From Callorhinchus milii (Eukaryota): DNA of 64,000 nt. The stretch is from the NCBI RefSeq assembly GCF_018977255.1, contig NW_024704754.1, positions 18,724,001 to 18,788,000 on the forward strand, read 5' to 3'. The position numbers and the translations under genes were made by a program. The notes under the pieces were generated by a model that did no database searches, had not been told where the DNA came from, and worked only from the letters and a program-made list of their open reading frames with translations. Shown here in pieces: positions 14,157-26,400 of the stretch (position 1 is its first letter; each line of letters begins with the position of its first letter).

Positions 14157-14465
14157 TAATAATAATAATCCTTGCATTTGGTACAGCGCCTTATCATGTC
14201 ATTAAGACATCTCAAAGTGCTTCACGGAATACTGTATATTGTAGAGTGTAATGACTGTGTCGTTTGTGGACAAAATGCAGAGGCCAATTGCACACAGCAG
14301 GTGTTCCACAAACAGTCATGGACTGATTAAACATTTTTTTAAAAAAAAAGCATTATAATCCCTGGAAAGCAATCCGCCAATCGACTAACAAGCGGGTTCC
14401 TACTGACCGCGAGGTAAGCAGAGGTGTGCGGAGTAAGGAAACTTGCCTGAGGTTTTGCCCAAGGA
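14157..14465 (-). mobile_element. tRNA-derived SINE copy (5'-truncated)
   Basis: Same family tail and body as 7690-8030 and 24733-25063. Confidence 0.8.
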
Positions 14466-14768
14466 CCAAGGCTCGGAGTCCCCAGAGTGTGATTTACATT
14501 ATAAATAATTCTCACTCACAGTGAATAGCTATTGTCCTTCAATGGGACTCGTCTTATTTGGTGCCTCCATTAATCCAGAGTTTTGTTTGTTTGTACAGCA
14601 TTTCATGTTCTCCTTTGGTGTATCCCCCCCCCCACACACACACAGGTGTGACTGAATCAGCAGTGGTGCTCCACTTCCTCGTCATTGTACTGCTTTTTGT
14701 TGCGAACCAGTTAAATGCCAAAATAGTCAAAACATTATCCGGTATAAAAATAAAGAATATTGAGGGGG

Positions 14769-14872
14769 AAAAAAAAACGTCAGACAGCGCCCGTGGCACG
14801 AGTCCCGATGTTACTCGGGGCTGTTAAGTGTTTTGCAATAAACGAAGTATCCACTGAGCTATAGCTGACGCC
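14769..14872 (-). ncRNA. vtRNA: Vault RNA, copy 1
   Basis: Minus strand: GGCGTCAGCTATAGCTCAGTGGATACTTCG...CACGGGCGCTGTCTGACG-T9. Box A TAGCTCAGTGG, vault-typical TACTTCG and GGGCGCT blocks, terminal stem CGTCAG/CTGACG and an oligo-T Pol III terminator. Lies between ZMAT2 and the Pcdh cluster, like human VTRNA1. Confidence 0.88.
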
Positions 14873-14897
14873 GAGAACTAGAGGTGAAAATACAACC

Positions 14898-14914
14898 TAT
14901 AAAGAGTGGTGTCA
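14898..14914 (-). promoter_or_regulatory. Upstream elements of vault RNA copy 1 (TATA-like TTTATA at about -26 to -31; TGACACCA at about -35 to -42)
   Basis: Read directly. Vault RNA genes are known to combine internal A/B boxes with upstream TATA-like and CRE-like elements. Confidence 0.5.
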
Positions 14915-15016
14915 TTCCTCCTCAGAACAGAAACCGAAAGTGTTTCTCAGCAAAACACCATCTCACCAAAAACCACTGGGTCCAAACTGTCCCCCAACTC
15001 CCCCAACAAAACTTTA

Positions 15017-15403
15017 CCCCCCCCCCCCCCCACACACACCACCCCCCCACACCCCCCTCCCACACACACCACCCCCCACACCCCCTCCCACACACACACC
15101 CCCCACACCCCCCTCCCACCCCCCCCTCCCACACACACACCCCCACACCCCCCTCCCACACACACCCCCCTCCCACACACACACCCCCACACCCCCCTCC
15201 CACACACACCTCCCCCCCACACCCCCTCCACCACACACACACACCCTCCACACACTCACTCACTCACTCACTCACACACCCCCACACACTCATTCACTCA
15301 CACTCACTCAACACCCCCACAGACTCACTCACACTCACACACACCCCCACACACTCACTCACACTCACTCACACACCCCCACACACTCACACACTCACAC
15401 TCG
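15017..15403. repeat. C/A-rich low-complexity and microsatellite tract
   Basis: Runs of cccccacacac and cactcact; absent from the second duplication unit. Confidence 0.9.
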
Positions 15404-15794
15404 CTTCTTTTTGAAACCCCACTGACACTCTTCACACTTCAGATGTCGATGTTCGTTTTGATATTATTCTCTTTGCATTTTTTTCATCATTGTTACTATT
15501 ATTATTAAACACCGGGAATCCCCGAATCATTAGTCAGTGGTTCCCATTCACAGACCCGCGTCACCCCCCGGATTGAAAGGCTATTATTTTTTCCCCCAAA
15601 CACTCCCCACTCCCCCCCCCACACAGATAAAGGGGGGTCGGAAAGGACAGCAATGGGGGAGAGAGAGAGAGAGGGAGAGAGAGAGAGAGAGAGGGAGAGA
15701 GAGAGGGAGAGAGGATAACGGAAACTCCGCGGAAGCAGCGAAACGGCAAATTAAACCGGAGACCGAGTGACCGACTGTGAGGAGAGAGAGAAAC

Positions 15795-15965
15795 CCCACG
15801 CGGGGCCTCGGCCTCGGCCCCGCCCCCCGGGGAGCACGTGGGTCCACATGTATCGTTTCAGGGACCAATCGGCGAGCGTTCTGCGCTGATGGATACACTG
15901 CCGACCAATCGGGTACCGCGGGGTGACGGGGGGGCGGGGCCGCCCGGGAGGCCCTTTAAACTAAA
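15795..15965 (+). promoter_or_regulatory. CpG-rich orphan Pol II-type promoter
   Basis: GC box ccccgccc, E-box CACGTG (15835), two GACCAATCGG boxes (CCAAT at 15865 and 15905), GGGGCGGGG, then TTTAAA at 15955. Confidence 0.55.
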
Positions 15966-16049
15966 CCACTCATCGCCATCAAAGGCTGTGTGTGGGAGCG
16001 GAGCTCCGACTGTCCCTCACCGTGTCCTCAGCTCTGTGTGTGTGTGCAA

Positions 16050-16860
16050 CATAACATGTAGGAGCAGGAGGAGGCCATTCGGCCCTTCGAGCCTCTGCTC
16101 CACCATTCAATCGTGGCTGATCTTCTAATCTAACTCCAGCTAATAACCTGGCCCTGCCTTACCCACATATACCCCCCCCCCCCACACATCACCCACCCCC
16201 CAAAGCCTTATCCCCATATCCCTTAATCCCTTTTGCAATAAGAAGTCTATCTCTCTCAGTCTTGAATATGTTCGAGGACTGAGCGTCAACAGCCCTTTGG
16301 GGTAGTGAGTTCCACACATTCACTGCCCTTTGAGTGAAGAAGTTCTTCCTCAACTCAGTGCGAAAGGGCTGTCTCTGATTTTAAGGTTGTGACCCCTGGT
16401 TTTAGTTTCTCCGACCGGGGGAAACAATCCCCCACTATCTACTCTATGCCCTTTGATGATCTTATAGGTTTCTATAAGATCCCCTCTAATTCTTCTATAT
16501 TCTAGAGAATATACACCCAAATTGGTCAGCCTATCCTCGTAACTCAACCCCTTTATCCCTGGTACTAACCTAATAAGTCTACGCTGCACCCCCTCCAAGG
16601 CAAGTACACCCTTCCTTAAATAAGGAGACCAAAACTGCCCACAGTATTCCAGGTGTGGTCTCACCAGGGCCCTATACAGTTGCAGCAAGACTTCCCTACT
16701 CTTATACTCTATTCCTTTCATAATGAATGCTAACATACCGTTCGCCTTCCTAACTGCTGCTGCAGCTGCAGACTAACTTTCTGTGATTGGTGTACAAGGA
16801 CACCCGAGTCCCTCTGGACTCTAACACATTCCAATCTCTCCCCTTCTAAAAAATAACCCG
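16050..16860 (-). mobile_element. CR1-clade LINE, 5'-truncated (RT C-terminus and 3' UTR)
   Basis: ORF 16350-16736 contains LQLYRALVRPHLEYCGQFWSPY..LEGVQRR..RGDLIETYKI..TRGH, typical of the CR1 ORF2 end. The 3' end has the aggagcaggaggaggccattcggccc motif on the plus strand. Confidence 0.92.
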
Positions 16861-16864
16861 CTCT

Positions 16865-17045
16865 ACAAGCGGTGGAAGAGGATAGAGTGGTCGACCCTAT
16901 CGAATGCGGCCGATAGATCGAGAAGGACGAGGAGGCAGAGGGATCCCTGGTCGCAGATGGTCAAGATGTCATTAGTGACCGTGACCAGGGCGGTTTCCGT
17001 GCTATGGGCAGCACGGAAACCCGACTCGAGGGGTTCAAAAAGTGA
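16865..17045 (-). mobile_element. L2-clade LINE RT fragment
   Basis: Minus-strand translation [49 protein letters not shown]. Confidence 0.85.
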
Positions 17046-17066
17046 ATGGGTAATTCACTTGTTCTT

Positions 17067-17479
17067 GTGTATCCCACACACACACACACACACAGGTGTG
17101 ACTGAATCAGCAGTGGTGCTCCACTTCCTCGTCATTGTACTGCTTTTTGTTGCGAACAAGTTAAACGCCAAAATAGTCAAAACATTATCCGGTATAAAAA
17201 TAAAGAATATTGAGGGGGAAAAAAAATTTTTACTGAAAAAAAACGTCAGACAGCGCCCGTGGCACGAGTCCCGATGTTACTCGGGGCTGTTAAGTGTTTT
17301 GCAATAAACGAAGTATCCACTGAGCTATAGCTGACGCCGAGAACTAGAGGCGAAAATACAACCTATAAAGAGTGGCGTCATTCCTCCTCAGAACAGAAAC
17401 CGAAAGTGTTCCTCAGCAAAACACCATCTCACCAAAACCACTGGGTCCAAACTTCCCCCCAATTCCCTACAAAACTTTA
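17067..17479. repeat. Local duplication unit 2 (carries vault RNA copy 2)
   Basis: Near-identical to 14618-15016. Confidence 0.95.
17236..17338 (-). ncRNA. vtRNA: Vault RNA, copy 2
   Basis: 95-nt body identical by eye to copy 1; T8 terminator followed by a second T run; upstream TTTATA and TGACGCCA. Confidence 0.88.
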
Positions 17480-17599
17480 ACCCACTCACTTTTTACACAC
17501 TGACACACTTTACACAATTTGAATAGCTAATCCCAACAGTTTTTTTTTATATCTATTTTATTTATATATAAGAAAGCCCCGAATTTGTCTTAATATACA

Positions 17600-18600
17600 T
17601 TCACCCGCTTCACCTGCTTTTGCATTGAAAGCTATCAAACATCAAGTGCGAAGAGGTCCTGACTTCTTCACCTCAAAGATTGAAAACATCCATCACTCCT
17701 GGTTGCATCATCTTCCTCCCCCCCCCACCACCCTCATTGTCCCCTTCCACCCCACCCGGAGCATCCACTCCACCTTCTCCCTCCGCCACGGTTCCTGACG
17801 CTACCCCCTCCTTACACTCTTTTGCCCCCCATTTCTTCCTCCTCCCTCTCAATCACAATCACCCGCATGAAGTTCAGCACCTGCTGCCTTGACCCCCTCC
17901 ACACCCAGCTGCTGGTCACTCAACTTCCCATCCTCGCCCCCCTGTGGCCAACACAGTCAACCAGTCTCCCCGTTGGCAATGTCATCCACAGACACGAGGT
18001 GAACTTTCACATGTATGCGTACGGCACACAATTCTACTTTGCCTCCTCCATTATCGACGCGAGGTCCCTCGATGTTGTATCAGCTTGTCTGGCAGACATC
18101 AGGGCCCAGATGAGTGCAAACTTCCTGCAGCTGAATGTGGACAAGACGGAAGCCATACACTTTGGCGCCCGTCAACATCTTCACTCCCGCGGATCTAAAG
18201 TCTTCAACCTCCCTGGGCTCTCCTTCAGGCTCACCGAACTAGTGCACAATCTAGGTGTTCGGTTCAAACCCCAGCTGTCCTTCATCCCCCACACCCGGTC
18301 CCTGACCAGGACCGCCTTCCTTCACCTCCGCCACATTGCCCGCCTCCGACTGTACCTTACCCCAAATGCAGCCCAAACCCTCATGCGTGCGTTTGTCACC
18401 TCCCGCCTGGATTACTCAAACACATCCTTTGCTGGTCTCCCCAGTTCCACCATTCACAAGATCAGCTCATTCAGAACTCTGCTGCTCGCATACTTAACCA
18501 GACCAAACTCCGTACCCACATCTCACCAGTTCAGGCCAGGCTCCACCTGCTCCCCATCACCGAACGGATCGACTTCAAGATCCTCACACTTGTGTCCAAA
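17600..18600 (+). mobile_element. Decayed L2-clade LINE ORF2 fragment
   Basis: ORF 17822-18790 contains FHMYAYGTQFY (degenerate YADD), CLADIRAQMSANFLQLNVDKTEAI, HNLGV and FVTSRLDYSN. Confidence 0.88.
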
Positions 18601-20099
18601 TAGCTTTCATGCTTCCTTTCTCAACCCTCTGACCTCCTCTGCTGCCTTCGCTTTGCGTCCCCTTCTTTTCTCCTCTTTGCCAAGTTCTGCTGTCTTTCAG
18701 CCTCAGGCGCACTCTCTCTCACCTCCTGCTCATCTCCACAGTATGCAGCTGCCAGAGTTAATTTATTTACTAATAGCATTAACCCAGTAACCTTAAAGCA
18801 ATCGCTGGTCACCTCAAGCAGCCTCCATGCTTTCCCTCACAGATGGAGCAGACAAGGGCAGGATTGGCTTGTAAAAGTTGTCACATGCATTTCACAGGTT
18901 TTTCAGCTTATGTGGCTAAAATCAGCATCTGTTTTGCTTTATCTTTTATATCATTATGATTAAGGACCAGCATAAACCAGACCCTTCTCTCTCTCCCGTC
19001 ACCAATATTGTGAATGAAGATGATGGTAGATTTAACTTGAATTGAGAAAGCCAACTCAAGTGCTCGGAGAACAGACACTATAGAAGAAAGAATAAATAGA
19101 CACAAAGGTTAGAGAGCTCCAGGGGAGATGTAAGCACCAGCACAGACAAGATGGACTGAGTGACCTAATTTAACACTGTAAGCTTTCTGTGGATGTTTGT
19201 GGGACACTGCTGTGTGTGTAATTGGCTGCCTTTGGGACGTCCTCCCAACGTGAAAGGCGATCTATAAATGTATTTTTGTTGTTGTATTTTGTTGTTGTTG
19301 CCACATTTCGCCCCAAAATACACAGTAAATCCACTTTACAATATATTCCATTAAGCGCTTTGACCCGTCTCAAAGAAAAGTGATAAGGTGCTATATCAAA
19401 TGCAAGGCTTATTATTATTATTATCTCCAAAAGGCGACACTTGTTGCTGATGCTGCAGATCAGAAGTGGAAAGTTCTTCTGTGGCCAAACAACACAAAAA
19501 TTGAAGTCTTTATGACAAATATATCAGTTGCTCTTTGTCCAGTGTTTCAAACAAGCTTATTCACGTCTTGTTGCTATTGAAAATAATTGAGTTTAAGGAT
19601 GGTATCCATGACACCGGCCCAATGTGTAAACTGTGGCAGAGATCCTCTGTGAACCCAGTTGTGGGTTTCCCAGCCTCTGTGCTGTTTCAGGGAACTTACA
19701 TTGGACCTCAACCCTTAATTGGAACTGACAAAATAAAATGTCACATTGCCTCGGGGCTAAAACGGTAACCTTCTAATCTGAGATGCAAGTAGTTGCTCTT
19801 CCCAATGTACCATCGGGCTTTTTGCTCCTGGTTTCTGTTAGGTAACTAATGGGATGAGTCAATAAAACTGCCACTGCATAAAGTAATGGGATGTGGGTCT
19901 GCATGTGAAACTCCCCCAAACTGTGAGCTTCTCATCTGAACCACTCCATGATGAGCAATTGGCAAATGGAGACCAAGAGGAAAATAAAATTACGCGACTG
20001 TGTTTTATTGAGAACAGTTTCTTTGTCATACATTCCTTCCTTCTCCTTGCAATTTTGTGAGAATAACATTAACAATAAACCATGAATCTGAATATTACA

Positions 20100-20460
20100 C
20101 CTATAAATATTTCAAAGTGCTTCACAGATAATTGCGAGTCAAGTTCAGTGACTATATATTTGTAGGAAAACACAGTGGTTAATTTGCACTCACCAAGGAC
20201 CTACAAACAACCCATCAAGTGAAGAACAAATTTTATCTGCGGTGGTGTTGCCCAAGAAATGGGAGAAATTCCCTTCTCTTTTCTATTAACGCCACATGAA
20301 TTAACATCTACTTGAACAGCCACAGACAAGAGCTTGTTTCAATATCTCATCCGAAGGACGGCACCTGGGACAACACAACACCAGCCTGGCCTGTGAGCTC
20401 AAAGTACTGACACGGGGTTTGAACTCATAATTAAGCATGACCGATTGAACCAAGTTGACA
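20100..20460 (-). mobile_element. Ancient Deu-domain-type SINE
   Basis: atctcatccgaaggacggcacc matches the recalled DeuSINE core. More decayed copies at about 24050-24250 and 39650-39800. Confidence 0.6.
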
Positions 20461-23446
20461 ATGACCCCAGGAACAGACTGGAGTTGTCTCAGATTTTTTT
20501 TCTCTGATAAGGTAACTGCTGTTGTTCTCATCCTCTCCTAACCTCCCCACACGCACCTCAAGGCCTGGACTTCACCCACACAATCCACTCTGTAGTTTCT
20601 ACAGATAATTGCATAATTTATTGAAGCTGGCTGCTGCGTCGCTGAGCCCTGAGGTCTGCTGTTGCCACACTGGTACATTTGTAGTGATTAAGTGCTTATA
20701 TTCAGGCACAGTCTATGTTATGCTCTGATGTCTGATTATTTCTCTGTGTAGCACATAAGACTTGTCATTTATTTTTGTTCTGCCTTTGCCCGCTGGCTTG
20801 GAATAACATCAATTTGATCCCATATCTGGTGATCCCAACTTTAAGTTACACAAGAGTTCCATTTTCATTTTTGAGCAACACTCTGATTAATCATTCTTTT
20901 AGATGGTGCCCCCATTTCAGCAGGTATTATGAAACTAATTTAAATAATACTTGTGAATCAATACACTTGCGTATCTACCGTTCAGTAAGAGTATGATCAA
21001 TTGCATAAAAGGCTGACCAGGATTCATATAAACCAAGCATATAGTCCATCTACTAATACACTGGACATTGACTCATTAGACAAAGTCAGCATTGATGTTC
21101 TCGCCAGGATTTATTGAGAGATATAGGTGAGAGGAGAACGAACTATGGAAGGGGTAAGCAGACAATAGCCATTATTTCAGCATTGAGTCTAGAGAAATTC
21201 ATATATGAACTCCCCTTCAAACTAAGCAGTTTGAAAGTCTCCACAAGGGTATCTTACAAGATGTAAGGCAGGCAGTTTTACACCCCCAAGGGCTACAATG
21301 GAACTGAAGCCAAGCTGCTCTCAAACATCTGAACCAATGGGAGCTGGACAGGCCTTGACTAGAAGATATAAGAAGGTTCCTTTGAACAAAAAGGCTTGAA
21401 GATCTGCCGAAGGTATGAATGTATAACAGATGTAGAGTGAGATCAGGCATGTAAAACCTAGGGTGAATGTTAGATTTGAGCGAAAATCAGGAAGATCACA
21501 GTTAGAGACAGTATGCATACATTTCATTTCCAATTCACTGTGGACGGAACTTCTGGTCTCCCAATTAAATAACCGAGTGTCCCCTCTTATCCCAGCACCA
21601 AAAATAATGTTGAAATCAGTTTTTAATTATGGACACAATGCCCAAGTCACAAGCTTGTGTTGAAGACTTTCTGTGGTTGAAGAATTTTAAGCAGATCTGC
21701 CTCTAAAACTCAACAAACTCGAGCACAGTTGCTAACGTCAGGCTCCACTCAACACGCTTCAAAGCTGTCTGTCTCTACTGGGATCCTTAAGTTGCTTTCT
21801 GAACACTAAGAAAGTCAGTGCTGGTAAATTGAGGAAGAGGAGGGAGAAGAAGAGAAACAAGGAATGAAGCCAAATCCTGTGGTTGTGAAGTGCATAAAGA
21901 CGTTACCCACTGTGGTACTGAGTCAAACACAACCAAGAGTTTAGCGTCTGGTACATGAAACAGTACGTTTAGCCAGAGCGCTCAGCAATTAAATAGCGAA
22001 AACAGATCAGAGACTTCAGGGTTTTTTCATCTTTTAATTAAAAAAAATCACGGACACCAAGTTCTCAGTAGAAATTGTACACAATTTGTGAAAGGAAACG
22101 TAAATTTCGGGACAAGCGACCTCCCTGGATTGAAAGGAAAAGCATACAAACACTCAAGAGCACGTCGCATGCAGTAACAGACACTTTCATGTCACTCGAA
22201 CAGTTGTTCAGACGCAGGTCCCTCACCGGCTCACTTTCCACTTGTTGGTGAACTCACAGAAGTGTAGCCAAGCGAGCACACACCAAACTGGGCATTTGGG
22301 AATCTCGAACCCCTTCGCTCAGGAACTTGCATTTTTCCCACCCTCAATCCTGACCCCCTCACTGCAATCACTTGCTTTCAAGAGCCACAGAACAATATGG
22401 GATGTAGGCCTTCACTCACTGGTCATATTACTTGTGACAGAAGAGGCCTGATCTAGTTAGGAATGAATATTTTAACAAGAACATAGTTTACGACACTTTC
22501 CTTCTTCCTCTCAGGCCAGTAGATGTAGAACAGAAGTTTAGGCAACTGCAATCCTGGCAGAAAAGTTAACAATCCAAGGCAATGTGGGCAGCAAGGTTCC
22601 ACCTTCATTTACACCCCCCTCCCCCCAAACTGCAGTATCCCCTTTCCAATACCAGATCACAGCAATTGCTTCTGATAAGTTGCATTCCCTGCACAGCCTG
22701 AGGGAGGCGAAGTCTAGCGGGAGCAATCCTGGGTCAAAATACTCCCAATAGATATATATGGAGAAAAAAATCTATAATTTTGCAATGACAAGAAACCTTT
22801 GCTTCAATCGTTCCCACTTCCCTTCTCGATAACATTCTTGGATGTGGTGATTTTATATTGATGTTGAAAGGCTAAGTGAGACCCACCACGATTCAAGTCC
22901 AAAGGCTTCTGGTCGTAAGCCTGACCCAGCTGATCTACCCAGTTGACCCCAGTTGGGACGAAGCAGCAATCCTTCTACACTTTGTCTCCCTCTTAAAATT
23001 AACACAAACTTGAAACTTAAAAAAACTTCCCCCTCAAAAGTTTGCACATTACAATAAATACATGGGAAAGAGTTGGGGTAGTCTCAGAACCTTACAGTTC
23101 ACCACAGGACCAGACACTGGGTTCCTACAGTCCAAATCTCCCAGCTGTGCTAACTCACCCACAGGCATGACGTCTACACTGCTCCCGAGGCTGAATCTGC
23201 TCCACACACAGCCGTGAACCATGCGCTTTTTCCTTCTTTTAAAACAAAAAAAAATGCATTTCAAACTAGGAAAAGGGCCACTGCAACTTTGCCAATCCAG
23301 GACCCTTCCACAACCGTGACATGTTCGGTTCGTCCACATTTAAGCACAGCGATTGCCACTGCCTGGTGGGGCATGGAGGGAGAGGAGGAGGTAAATTCAG
23401 TCAATGGAGCGCCAAAGGCAGTACCGAGTGGGTCCTGTGGGGTCGG

Positions 23447-26400
23447 TCAGCTGCTCTTCTTTGTTGACCCGAAGCCAGAGAAACCCATGACAGCCGCCAT
23501 CTCGTCGTCTTCCTCAAACGTCAGCTCTTCCTCTGCCTTTCGCTTCTTCTCCTTCTGCTTCTCCTTCCTGTAAGCCTTAGCTTTCTCTTCCTGCAAATAA
23601 CAGGCAAAACTAGCAATCAAGCAACATCACAACAACAACTTGCATTCACACAGCGCCCCTCGCGCAATGTAGTGTCCTAGAGCGCTTGAAGGTTAGCGGA
23701 GCATGACGTGGAGCCAGGAGAGGTGATTGTAGGCACGGTCGAAGAGGAAGGCCTTCAAGCTCCATCTGAAGATGCGGATGGCAAGGGGAAGGCGGAGGGA
23801 TAGAAGAGCGTTCCAGAGTTTCGGGGTATAGTGGCTGAAAGTGCGGTCACCGATGGTGGAATGGAGGGAGGGCACGAAGGATAAGCACTAGATCGGTGCC
23901 CAGGTACAGACCACTCGACCCATCCCTCGTGTCTTTCCCACATCCAATGAAGGAGAGTGTGCAATCTTATCACAGCTCATCACAAAGAAATTGTCTTAGT
24001 AATTAGTCACATAGAGCAACTGTCTTTATCGGCAAATATCGCTGCTGTTTTATACACAGCAAATCGCCACACATAAATCATGCAGAGAATGAGATTTAAT
24101 CTGGGGGGTTGTTGACCAGGACAATGTTTTCCAAGGGATTTTTAACATCCACCCAAACCCCAAGACTGGGCCCTGGATTAACATTTATCGAAAGGATAGC
24201 ATCGGCAACAATGCAGTTCCTCCCAGCACAAAAAGTTCCCTCAATTAACAGCAGAGCATTGATTTATCACCAGAGCCCCCGCCAGGTTTCTCGCGCTGAG
24301 ACTGAACATTTCATGGCCGCAGGATTACCTCAAGCTCTGGTGAGTAAACAGGAGAAGCCAGGCTGCTCCTTTAATAAACAGTATCGACTGCACCCTGGGC
24401 AATAAATCTCATTGCCGGTCACACTGTAAATCATGCTCCACATAATCTCAGGTTATAGATAAATGTGTCCTTTGAACAATCGTTCTTTCTCTGGGTCTAA
24501 TTGCTTGTCCTCAGGACATCAGTAAACTCCTGGCTCAACAAATAAATCTTTCACAACAATGTGCATTTCTTTCAGGTAAACAAAGTGCTTTGTAAATATG
24601 ATAGGGAGCACCGAGCAGGAAGGAATGAAAGGAGAATTAAGGATGTTGATAGTTAGAAAGGTAGATTTAGGGAGGGTTGTTCTAGGTAGTGAGAGTGGAA
24701 AGGCGAGGAAGAGGATTTCAAAAATAATTTTAATGATAATCTTTGCATTTGATATAGCTCTTTATCGTGACTTCGAGACATCTCAAAGAACTTCACACAA
24801 TATATATTAAAGTGGAATGACTGTATATTTTGTGGGTGAAATGCAGCAGCCAATTGCGCACAGCAGCGTCCCACAAACAGTCGTGGATTGAGTATTTTTA
24901 AAATTTTGAAGGGATTATTATCCCCGGAAAAGCGATCCGCCAATCAACTAACAACTGGGTTCCTACTTACTGCTGAGTAAATAAGGGAACCTGCCCAACT
25001 TTTCACTCTGCCCGGGGATCGAACTTGCGAGATGAGTGCTCTAACCACTAAACTACAGGACTCCACATTTCATTTCTTATTCTAATAATGAGCATTTTAA
25101 GCACTAGAGGCAAGTGTCACTCTCGGTGTGCAGTCTCTCACCTCTTCCCTCAGCTCCTTCATCCGCTCTTCAAAGTCGTACTCCTTCTGTTTCTCTTCAA
25201 TTTTCTTTTTATTTAGCTCGAAACGTTTCTTCACCTGGTCCAGGGTGGAACGCTCCACCTTCATAGACATGCCCAGGTTCCTTTGGTCTGTCAAACAAGG
25301 GATAAAAAACATCAAATTGGGTGCTACAGTCAACACAGCTCAAAGAGGCAAGTGAATGTTCAGAAACTATGGCACAGGAGGTTGCAATTCGGTCTGGCTT
25401 TAAAATTCATTTTATATGAAATGCTAAAGTGGTATTGATAAAGCTTATAGATAACGACCCTCCCCTGTTTTGGGGTCATGTTATCAAATGCTTAATGATT
25501 TCATAATCATTGCTGTTTGTACCTCTGCTTCCTTTAGCGAAACTACTGCAAGATGAAGAATTTTCTCTGTAAATCTGCCCTCGGTCACTGATTATAAAGA
25601 TCACTCAACACTAGTACAAATAAGAGAATTTCTCCCACTGCCCCTATAATAATCCTTGCATTATTATTCTTATTATTATGCCCTAGACAAAAATAATTCC
25701 ACATTCATCTCTTGGCTGTCGTTGAAAGCTTGTGATTGAGGAAGGAGATTTTGGTCTGTCCTGAATCAATCAGTCGCTGCCTGACTCTGAGAAAGTTCTG
25801 TAAACCCTGACTTGAGTTTTGTGTTCAATACATCCCCAGAGCCAACAATTCTCTAACCAGTTCACACTAAACTCAACAGGTATTTGTTTTATTACAGTGG
25901 GAGCATCAAATAACAAAAAGTTGCCCTCTGGATTTCACTCCATCTTTAAAACAAATAGCAAGTTTGCCCATTTGATTTTTTCCCTGCAAATGATTTTCCG
26001 ATTCTCCCATTTGTCTCTATCAGAGGAAAGGGTGCAGTCAGTTCTGCAACCCTTGATTTATAACAAGGAGAAAAAGCAATTGTCAATTTAGTAAAAGCAC
26101 AGCACAGCCCAGATAACAGCTCAGTATGTTTGGAATTGAAACACACAATGTAATACATCACATTTACTTACTTCCTGCTAATTCAGCTCCCAGTAAAACC
26201 TGTCAGGTGCTATTGCTACTGTAGCACTCTGTCTTAATGCCCCCGGGATTTAGAATCAAATCTCAATCCCTCTATCCTGAAATAATCATCACTGCCCCTG
26301 CCCGGCTGGCTGTCATTTGATAATGGTTGGAAGAACATCCTGGTTCAGATGAAATGTGCTTGTCTAACGGTAGGTAGGGAGGTGTCATTCCGTTTATCAC

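Larger units (their letters stand above)
14618..15016. repeat. Local duplication unit 1 (carries vault RNA copy 1)
   Basis: About 400 bp nearly identical to 17067-17479 (gtgtatccc..cacaggtgtgactgaatcag...caaaacttta). Confidence 0.95.

Noticed and set aside
14884-15508. Several 100-200 aa Pro/His/Thr or Gly/Val ORFs
   Set aside because: Low-complexity C/A tract that lacks stop codons.
19300-22000. Possible coding exons downstream of the orphan promoter
   Set aside because: Only short ORFs with no recognisable motif or consistent splice chain.
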